A stretch of 64,000 nucleotides of DNA from Paragordius varius (Eukaryota; Animalia; Nematomorpha). A model generated the notes under the pieces. That model was given only the letters and a program-made list of their open reading frames with translations. It made no database searches and was not told the DNA's origin. This document shows, piece by piece, positions 28,001-37,900 of this stretch. Position 1 is the stretch's first letter; the number at the start of each line of letters is the position of its first letter. Position numbers and translations under genes: made by a program. Location of the stretch: contig OZ176053.1 in assembly GCA_964247055.1 (NCBI GenBank), positions 8,246,001 to 8,310,000 of the forward strand. The letters are read 5' to 3'.

Positions 28001-28391
28001 GGATAAAGTTATTTATTCCTGGTTTAAATCTTCAGAGGTTAACTGTCATAAACATTATGTTGATAATTAATTTTAATATAAAGCAATTAAATTATTTTCA
28101 CAATGATCAAAAATATAAAACTTTGAGACGAGATATATATATATCAAAATATTTTTGAAAATTGTTGCGTCGCGACGTGTTTATAAAACTTAAAATAATT
28201 ATTAGTTTTCTATATAACGGTAAACATTTTTTTATTCTTTCTGCTATTCAGGTAGTCAAAAATCACAAGTTCAACTTACCAAGCAATATTTTATGCATGG
28301 TTTAAGCCTAATTTTCTTGCTTGCCTCCATTTGTATGTGGGTTTATATGCACAAACAAAAATGTATTACAATACATATTTCCATATTATAA
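19014..28391 (+). CDS. Uncharacterised type-I membrane protein, ~860 aa: signal peptide, 3x F-type-lectin/galactose-binding-like domain, Ig-like, unassigned Cys/Trp module, FN3-like, Ig-like, TM, short tail
   Basis: Exons (+): 19014-19078, 19415-19644 (or 19665), 20030-20308, 21350-21475, 21954-22080, 22615-22697, 23002-23068, 23106 (or 23160)-23314, 23494-23613, 23734-24031/24045, ~24468-24570, ~25080-25275, 25980-26252, 26656-26756, 27600-27771, 28252-28391. Most junctions are GT-AG and phase-consistent; those between 24031 and 25080 are unresolved. Motifs: signal MEYIYIYICMVFLFFYHDVVRA; domain ends CRKPVIGRYVYVEF..SLCEVEIFG, CIGTSVLF..PLCEVELYG and CIKGNAIHI..MTICNLVI; Ig-like C..W..C (VQC..CAW..LTC and NITC..MKWY..VNC); FN3-like LKVHIHNDRILIISWEDLP; TM GLSLIFLLASICMWVYM followed by HKQK. 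Confidence 0.72.
24613..25037. mobile_element. Foldback MITE copy in an intron of the receptor gene
   Basis: Termini tacaccatttacac and gtatggtata. Arms carry ttcaaattcaccc-type subrepeats (aagggtgaatttgaa on the right arm). Confidence 0.6.
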
Positions 28392-28403
28392 TAAAATTAA
28401 TAA

Positions 28404-28754
28404 TATACCATTTACAGTTCAAATTCACTCTTAAAAAATTCAAATTCACTTCGAACAAATCAAATTCACCCTTGAACAATTCGAATTCACCCTAAAAATA
28501 AATTGTGTTTTCGAACTAATATAACTCATTATTAATATAAAATATATCTTTATGGCAAAATTTATTATTTAAGTATTATTTTAATTTAAAACAAAATTTT
28601 ATTTTTTAAAAATATATAAAAATATAGGTGATTTTTAATCTTAAAAAACATACAATTTATTTGAGGGTAAATATGAATTGATCGAGGGTGAATATGAATT
28701 GTTCAAGGGTGAAGTTAAATTGTTTAATGATGAATTTAAATTGTAAATGGTATA
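28404..28754. mobile_element. Foldback MITE with ~105-bp inverted arms made of 20-21-nt tandem subrepeats
   Basis: Left arm 28404-~28510 (tataccatttacagttcaaattcactcttaaaaaattcaaattcac...) is the imperfect reverse complement of ~28648-28754 (...gagggtgaatatgaattgttcaagggtgaagttaaattg...gtaaatggtata). Confidence 0.75.
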
Positions 28755-29078
28755 TTTTATTTGAAAGAATTCATTTCTAAAATATTTTTTTGGATAAGGT
28801 AAAGTGCTAAATAAATTTTTTATATTAGTCAATCGAGCAAAATCCGCCAAAACAATGCAAGGCTATCAAGAATTGGAATAAGTCATCAAACAGACCAGAG
28901 ATATTACCCAAATAAAAAACTAATATTTATTGGATATAATTAAAAATTTACGTGATTTGTAAAAATATTTTTAAGAAATACCAAACAATGTAAGTATTAA
29001 ATAAATATTTGTAAACGCACATAAAATTGACTAGAAAACATATATATTATATAAATATATACAAATATATTATAAAAA

Positions 29079-32000
29079 TTAATAAATATGAATGGAATTA
29101 TGGCCAAAATTTACAACGGCTATTTTTTGTGAGATGTTATTGGGTAGTAGGCAAATGCTAGTAGGTCTATCAAAAGGTTGGCATGATAGAAAAGAGTTGT
29201 TGGCATTATCAATTATTTGCAAAACTTCATAAGTTTTCTCATGCAATATCTGTAATAATTAATTATATATAAATGTCTTTATCGTCCAACAATAAATAAT
29301 TAATAAAGCAATATACTAAACTAAAACTATTTGATAGAGGCGAGTCGCATGGACAAAATTAAGGGAATCGAAAACATAAATTGCCCTTTAATATTCTTAA
29401 GACTCTATTAATAATTGCAGAGGAGAATAGATTTCTCGTGTATAGGGTCGAGATTTTGGCCATTAATCAGTTAGACCTCTGTATAACTACAAAAGGTAAA
29501 AAAATCAATGTTATATGTATTTTAGGTAGATAGCATCATAGTATCTATCTAGATTTAAGATATAATTTCAAAAATTTAGCGTATGTTAATAAAATTTAAA
29601 ATATATGACTTTCTTTATAATATAATGTTTAATCACTAAATATACAGTTTTTTTTAGAATTCGATCTGGTCCAATATTTTTATGGTCAAGAGCCAGGATT
29701 ACATGGTCATTGACCAGGTCGGCACAATCTTGATTATTTTATAATACTTGATAAATTAAATCAAGTGTGCTACAATATTTTGTTATTTTATGAAACTTCT
29801 AGACTTTGGAATGATCAACGAATATAAATTGCCTTTTCCAAGGATTTATAGATAGTATAGATTATATATGTTTTTAATTTACGCTTATTTAATGGTAAAA
29901 TCAACTGATTGATATGTATATTTTAGCTATTTGCATGAATATGTACCCAAATGATGAAACATATCTTAAGATTAACAGCGGTACCATATAGTAGGCGAGA
30001 GATTAACGTATTGTTAAACACTGTAATTTTGTCTTGTAATCAACATTTACGATAATTTTTAAACCTTTTACATATAGGTAATTTCATTAGGACTCTATCA
30101 ATAATACATCTCACTCACAACTTAGCAGATTGGTATATTCAACACATTAAATATATATATATATATATATAAACAAATATTATATGACATAAAATAGATT
30201 TTATCATATTTACTATAAACATAATTTTAATTAATATGTATGTGAGAAACTACACCCCTTATTAAATTTTTTGGCTATACCTTAATTCGATTGTTTCTGG
30301 AATCACAAACGATCAAATGTCCGCTTTCATCAATTTTAATGCCTTGAGGGCGAAAAAGTTGCCTGGGTCCTGAGCCTTCTTCACCGATAACTCTCACAAA
30401 TTCTAATTTGCTGTTTATTATGATTATTCTAAACATTGAATGAATATTTAAATTTAAACTTTTGGCATAAAAAAAATAAGAGTGTATTCCCTGATTCTCC
30501 GACCCTTAAATATATTTATATTTATTGATTTTTAGCCTTATAATAATTTATGCCAAATGTTTACGAATTGTTCAATCATATTGATATACACAATATTATA
30601 AAACCAGGCATCATAGCGGAACCATATGAAACCGGAACCCGGCTCGTGAGGTTTCAGCAGTAGCTACCTTGGGTTAGAACCAGCCCAGTTCCGATTTCAC
30701 TTCCTCAGGAACCAGTTCGGTTCCGGTTCCAACTCCAAAATAAGTGGTTCCCATAAGGTTTTATTTTAAAAAATAAAACTTATGCTGAAAAATATTATAT
30801 AATATTGATTGTATAGTTCCCATTAAAATGGAATGACTATCATATTAATAATATTTGTTGTTTAAATATTCACATAAAATTGATCATATGATAACATGTT
30901 TATCTTACCTTTATTACTTGAAGAGAACCACAGACATAAGGTATTTAAATCTATAGATTAGGATATCTTAATAATTAATAAATAAGTTAAAAAACCTAAT
31001 ATAACGTTCATAATTAATTACCCATAACGAAAAGCCCTAATATATATCAGCGTTAAACCACGGCCCACAAGCCGTATCAGACCTTTAATATTATTTTGGC
31101 CACATCTTTAAAAATATTATTTTATTATGTAAGGTTATATTAGGGGAATATATTATGGCTCAAATATAAGAAGAAACTTCCGAGATTATATTTTCAGATC
31201 AGAGAAGTAGTCTGACCAAATTGTTTGCCACAATCATTTTAAAAAATAAGATTTTCTTCATAGATGCGATAGTTGATACGAATACCTTATCTAAAAAATT
31301 TGGCCATTTATTTCTAATATATTATGTTTTGATTTACTCGTTATTATTTCGGGTTATATATAGTCAAAATGCATTAAATTAAAAGTTAGAAACCTAAATT
31401 AAACCGGTTTCAAATGAGAACCGGTACCGGAACCGTAAGAAACCACCCGGTTCCGGTTCCAAAATTTTAGAAACTACACTGGTTCTGGCTCTAATTTTTT
31501 GGGACCGGTTCGAAGCCCTGTAAAACTATTTATAAAAGTTTAACCAGCTACCTGTGCACATTGAAATCTGTAATATAAATATCGCTATTAGGACCAAACG
31601 TTATTCCACGAGGAGAATCAAGAAATTTATATTGTGGTGTCACAAATCCAAATTTGCCCAAATATCGGCCTTGAAAATCAAACGTTTGAATTCTATGGTT
31701 TCTGGAATCTGTTATCGCAATGTTTCCATTAGCTTTATTTATAGCAACATCCCATGGATAATTAAATTGTCCCGGGCGACTGCCTTTTTCACCAAACAAT
31801 TTTATGAAGTTTCCTTGCAAATCTAACATCTATTTATCAGTTATAAAAAATATATAGATTTGCATGATATTAAGAAAACTTTATTTTCCATGAATTTTTT
31901 CCAAAATTAACATATAAGTATATGGCGGAAATTAAATCCAAATAGACTTGGGCAAAAACAATATAAAAAATAATAAAAGGCTTATTTTGCCCCAAGCCCC

Positions 32001-33800
32001 CGCAATTCTCATTCAGACTTCAAGTTCCGCCACCAGCTAAACAATTTCACACATAAAATATTCCTATAAGATTTTACATTTTGAAATTCATAAATTATAA
32101 AAATGTTTCATTTTTTGACCAAAAAATAAATATAAAGATACCTGAATGCGATGATTATCCTTATCTACAATAACCAATCGTTCCCATTTGTCGATAGTTA
32201 TGCCAACGGGGCGGTTAAATTGTCCAGGCAGCGATCCAGGTTGTCCAAAACATCTCACATATTTACCGGTGCAATCATAAACCTTTATTGCACACGATAT
32301 TTTAAAACATTAATCTTAGAAATTTAATTAATTTGGCAAATAACTTTAAAATTTATTCACAAAATTTTGAGAAAGATTTAATGTTATTTCTAAAGAAAAT
32401 AATATAGTTTTAAAAGCGTTATCTCAAAATTTACCAATTTAAGAGATGTAAAGAGTATTTAAATAAAAATTGCATGATTAACTAATGGGAAAAATAAATT
32501 ATATATCTACCATAATTCTATGATATGTACGATCGCTAACATATATGTTCCCAAATTTATCACAAGTGATCCCCCAAGGTCTCGATAAATTCAAGAAATT
32601 ATTTTCATGATTTTGACCGAATACTTTAACATTCTGTATAATTGGGTGAAAGTTCAATCATAATATTATCGATAATTTTTTAATTTATTTGAATTAATTA
32701 AACCACATAACAGAATCTATTATAAAGCTTTAAAAATTTATGCCGTATAAAAATTATTAACAGCATCTGACGAAGGGCTATGTAAATTAGTTTTGAGCCA
32801 CGTATTTCGGTGAATGAGCCGGCTAAATTAAATGACTGTTATGCTCCCAAACGTTGGGAGATAGAAAATCATTTTTGTAGCTCAAGAATTTAAAATAACT
32901 CTAAAAAATAGAAAAACATGGATTCTATCAACCGGCTTATTCACACGCCTCATTTAGGAGGACAAACTAACAAAGGCTCAAGTGGCCTTAAATTTTTTAT
33001 ATCTTAAGTAGAATATCGGGTAAATAGCATTAAAGAATAAATAAATAGGAAATCTATGGTATGGTAATTGGTTAATTACACCTAAATTTTTTTTATTTTA
33101 TATCCTTGTAACATTAATCTCCAATTTTGGGGCGTTAAAGAATTCATTGGGGGAGGGGATGAGACAATAATTCGTTTCGGGAATCACTGTCACATGAGTT
33201 TAACATGGCATATTCAATTGTAATAGATATACCGTTAAAATTCTATTTTTTTATAAAACTTACATATGGATTTATTAACATGGGGGTTTTTGTGGATTTC
33301 ATATCTATACCATTAGTAAAATGGTTTAATGTATATTTCCTGTCATCCCCCAAGTTACGAGTTTGATTAAAATTAGATGGTATTGGAACTAAAAATGGCG
33401 GTTTTTCAAACAGCTCATGAGTTGCCTCAATCGATTTTTTAAGCTTTAATAAATTTTCGTTGTGCTTATCCTCATTTGTTTGGGATATTTCTTTCAAATA
33501 AACATCAATTCCACCCATTTTATAGATATAATTATCATAATTTGTTATATCAGTTGATATATTAAACGATTGTATTTCGGGTTTAAGGTCAATTTCAAAC
33601 AAAGAAGATTCTTCGCTTAAATGTGTCCGATCGCTATCGCAAGCTAATCGTTTAATGATGGGAGGTGATAAAAGTTGAGATGAATTCGATTCATAAGCTT
33701 CATCATAGCTAATATCTTGTACCAAGGTTGTATTAAATTTAGTAAATTCATGATTAAAACTATCAGGTATGTTCGATTCAGAAAATAAATTTGGATTCAT
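29079..33800 (-). CDS. lin-41: lin-41/TRIM71-like protein, 465 aa: ~180-aa acidic low-complexity N-terminus plus six NHL repeats; no RING, B-box, coiled coil or filamin detected
   Basis: Exons (-): 33800-33264, 32633-32511, 32282-32142, 31829-31552, 30428-30281, 29249-29079, all GT-AG and phase-consistent (1398 nt). NHL motifs in TRIM71 order: LSRPWGI, GQFNRPVG..DKDNHRIQ, FGEKG..GQFNYPWDVA..DSRNHRIQ, LDSPRGI..TDFNVHR, LFRPQGI..DSRNNRI, FDRPTSI..VVNFGHNSIHIY*. Confidence 0.85.
30605..31520. mobile_element. hAT-like non-autonomous element with ggaaccgg/ccggttcc subterminal motifs, in a lin-41 intron
   Basis: Termini caggc and gaagccctg. Both ends carry clusters of (g)gaaccgg(ttcc). Both flanks contain taaaac (partial TSD). 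The right terminus matches the TIR of 45590-47926. Confidence 0.5.
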
Positions 33801-34924
33801 ATATGTGTAATATTAATTAAAAATATGCATTAAAAGATAAAAATATTTAAAAAATTAAAAAAAATTCTTATAAAATTCCCAAAATGTATGATAAAAAATT
33901 ATTTGAGTAACCATTTTAAAGGCTTCTAAGTGTTGGTAAACCATACCAACATAAATATGCCGTCAATAACATTAATCGTATAATAGTTATCTTTTTCGTA
34001 AACAATTATCAGAAAAGCATAAATTAACTAAATAACATTTTATTTTATGGATAAGCGGTCAAAGAAATTTGTTAGAAAACATCGAACCCAAAAGCCTGGC
34101 TAATTTTAACAAAATCTGATGATTAGAGTTGGCGTTTTGCCCGATCAAAAAATCAACGGTCGGTCTGCTTATAAAAACAGTTATAAATTGGCCAAACGAT
34201 AAAAATAGTAATCGTAACGAAACAAAACTCAAAAGTAATTCATGTTGCTTATCAGTTTAAGTAATGTCAAATCAATAACAATTAAAAAAAATTTAACAAA
34301 TATTTTTTTAAAAACAACCATACTTTTTTCAAACCTCAATTTTTATAGTATAAATTATTTGATTACAATTGTAAAATATTTATTACGTTATCAATATAAA
34401 TTATCATATTTTGTAATTTTAAGCAATATTATATATTTTATAAAATTCCTGTAAAAAGTATGGTTGTCTCTAAGAAAAAATGTCTGTCTTTAAATTACCT
34501 TTGTCGGTAAATTTAAACTGTATGTTTCAAACTTTAGACTGGTTATTTTCAAAAGCGGTGTCACGGTCAAAATTCATAAATAACCTAACCCAACTTTGAT
34601 GATTATATCTTCTGATATTTATATATATTAGTTGACAACGATAAAAATAAAACTTATAATTAATTTAAATTCATTATTTATTATATGATAAACTTATAAA
34701 AAAATAGTTTTATGTATTATCACTCAAATGCATAGGTCTTTGGAGGACAATTTTCACTATAAATATCAATGATTGTCTAAAAATATAAAATGCTAACATA
34801 ATAGATTCTAAGTAAAAATACACACATGGATATTCATAAATTAATGCAAATGGTGTGGAAGACCGAAAAATCCTAAGTAAAATATCCGTTGTAATCATTT
34901 CAATAGAAATCATATCAGCAACAT

Positions 34925-37900
34925 TTAAAGCTCTTCAAAGAATGCTACCCGTGATTTCATGGTTCCGATTTTGACCTATATATGCAAAAATAAATTTTAG
35001 GTAAATATCAAGAAAAGTTTAAACTGTATCTGTTGTTTTTACCATTGCATAAAGATAAATTGAATATATTTCACCAAATATATTGTGGCTCAATTTTTAT
35101 ATATATAATCAAATTAAAAATAGGCGGATGTTATAATTTTTAGTTGATGTAACATATATAGTTTTACAAAATAATTCTTAAAATATAATTAAAAATTTTA
35201 CAAGATAAGTTAAAATCAAACAATCGTTTGATTTAAATTAGGCTCAAATAAATAGTTTTACCTTTTTCAATGTTGAATATTTGTTGTCACCTCGGTTTTG
35301 TGTCTCCGCGTGAATCTTATCAAGTTGGCATTCACGATCGCTAACTTTTAAATTTTCAAAATCTTTCCGTAAATCTTGTAGTTGGTTTTTTAGCGTTTTA
35401 CAACGTTCAATATATTCAATTCTATTAAAAGAAATAACCAATTGTGTATCTTTAACATAGGTCCTTACATTACAACATATAAATATAAAAATGTAGTTTT
35501 TGATATCAAATCATTTAATCATAGACAACGATAAACTTTGGAAAAAAATTTTATCAGTATATATATCTCAAACCAAAATTATTTATTAATTAATTAAAAT
35601 TCTTTCTATTTGATCTATATCACCTATAACAAACATAACTAATAAATAATTAAAGTATTTAGATTTGTAATGAATATATAAAACTATTGCAACATATTAA
35701 TAATATTTCATCTAATGATAACAAAATCCAATAATAGGTGTGTGGTACCTTTCTCGCTCAAGTTGCCCATCCAAAATTTTCAATTCTTGATCGGTTGCCA
35801 ATTGATGATGTGCAATTTGAAAATCTGTGGGCAAAATACAAAAATTCAGGATTTAAACTTCATATCACCCCTTAACATTTTAAATACATTCTTCAAAATT
35901 TCAAAAACCTCTAATAACTTCGATTTGGCCCTTCATTATAAAAATTGACCAGTAAATCACCCTAAAACATTTAAATTTATCCTTAATGAATATTCCAAAG
36001 ATATTAAAATTATTTGCTTTAGGCCTAATTTAACATGCTGTATTCTGCTTAGTTTGTCAACTTACCACTAGTTAATAATTTTATAATAATATAATCTTTA
36101 TCAGAACAAGGTACGCACTTTAAACAAAATTATATATTATTTTAAAAAATAATTTAATTTATTAGGTCAACAAATTCTAAATAATTGAGGAATATTTAAT
36201 GTTTGAATTTTTAATAAAACTAAAAACCTTGATAAGGTGGAGCGTAAATTTGTTCCAGAGGTGTTGGATAATTGGCAAAAAATGTATTGGTATCCATATT
36301 GGTACAATTATTACCAAACATATTTGGATAATATTCATTACCATTTCCATTCATGGAATTATTCTTCAACTGTTCCAAAAAAAAACAAAAAAAATAATTA
36401 GCAAAAAAATACTTTTCTGCTTAATAAATTAAAATTATAAAATATTAGTTTTTATAAAGCAAAATTTTTTTAATAAATATCAATTTGTAAAATGTAAAAA
36501 CAATTAAGGTTTTAAAATAATACTCTTATATTTAATCCCTGAATCTGCGGATCCATATTAAATGGACGAAAAGAACCGTTCACATCGACCAAATTCTTTA
36601 AAGCAGTATTATCATAATTAATATGATTTTTTGTGTCAGAATGATATCCATTTAACTGCAAACCATTGAGATTTGGTGTTACATCAGGATAATTAAAATA
36701 AACACTGTTCCGTCCATCTAATTATAATGAGATTAAATTGAAAACTAATTAATAGTATCATATAACATATTAAAATTTAGGTGAGTAAACTATATAAATT
36801 AAATTTGCAATTTTAAAGATATTAAATTTTTTTATTTTCTTTTATGCATTAATTACCGATATAAATGAGAAAATTGTTTATTTAATTCCAATGATTATAA
36901 TAAGTATTACTAAATATAAATAAATATTAAAAAGGGTATAAGTATATTTCTATTTAACATAAAATATTAAAGGTTGCAACTTATCTAAAACTCTCAATAT
37001 TTTTAAATACTTATCTTATTAAAAGTATATGCAGCTGCTAAGATTAAACTTATATATAACTATAGGGTATTGTGTGAATTCAAAAAATTATTATGAATAT
37101 AATGTAATTAATTTATTTCACTTATGATATTGCCATTTTGCACAGTGGTAGAGGTAATACAAGATTTTCCCAACTGTTCCATCCGCGAAAACAACAAGTG
37201 TTGTTGCGTGTTGTAATCATCAATGTTTGTGTTATTAAAGTGTAACATTTCTTTCAAACTATTGTTGGAACGATTATTGTCACTGTGTCCACTTAAATGT
37301 GTAAGTGAACCATTTATACTTTTGTTTTTTACACCATTATTATCTGTACCATACAATGTTTTATTAGTCTTATTACCACCATTAATGATGATATAATCGC
37401 TGTATAGATTTGGTTGTTGATTTAACATGTTGTAAGATGAACAATTAGTAGAGGTACGAGATGTCGCCGCCATAGTAGAATATAATGTTTCATTATTACC
37501 GTTTCCACCATAATTATACTGCGTATAATAGTTATTATTACTATGGTTATTATTGTTAGTAAAAAAATTATTTTTTAGGACGTCATTAAAGGTTGGCACA
37601 GTGTTAGGGACAATAACTGATGGATTATAGTGTATCAGGCCACCAGAATTCATAGTACAATCTAACAAACAAACAATACGCATTAAAACTATGATAAAAA
37701 TATTGCATTAATAAATATGTCACAGTAAAATTATTTTATTTCCCAACTCTAATCATATAAACTTATATTTTTGTGTCAAATTTAGGAAAAAGACAACATT
37801 GATCATAAATTTACGGTTCTTTTTTTTAAAAAATATAAAATTTAAAATATAACCTTAAGACTATAATATCAAATTTTAAGATAGCGAAAATACAAACCGA

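Noticed and set aside
28760-29078. let-7 complementary sites expected in a lin-41 3' UTR
   Set aside because: No CTACCTC seed match was seen on the - strand in this interval. The UTR extent is unknown, so no claim is made either way.
29421-29985. Plus-strand exon-like segments (29421-29495, 29927-29980) inside the last lin-41 intron
   Set aside because: Short open frames with AG/GT ends but no recognisable protein and no consistent chain of phases; could be chance or decayed sequence.
32761-32830. CTGACGA/CTGATGA hammerhead-like cores at about 32768 and 34096
   Set aside because: No properly placed GAAA or stem II/III pairing; not supportable as ribozymes.
33801-34924. Possible upstream RING or B-box exons for the NHL gene, including ORFs 34710-34913 and 34242-34454
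   Set aside because: No Cys/His zinc-finger spacing; these are AT-rich chance ORFs overlapping the merlin 3' UTR region.
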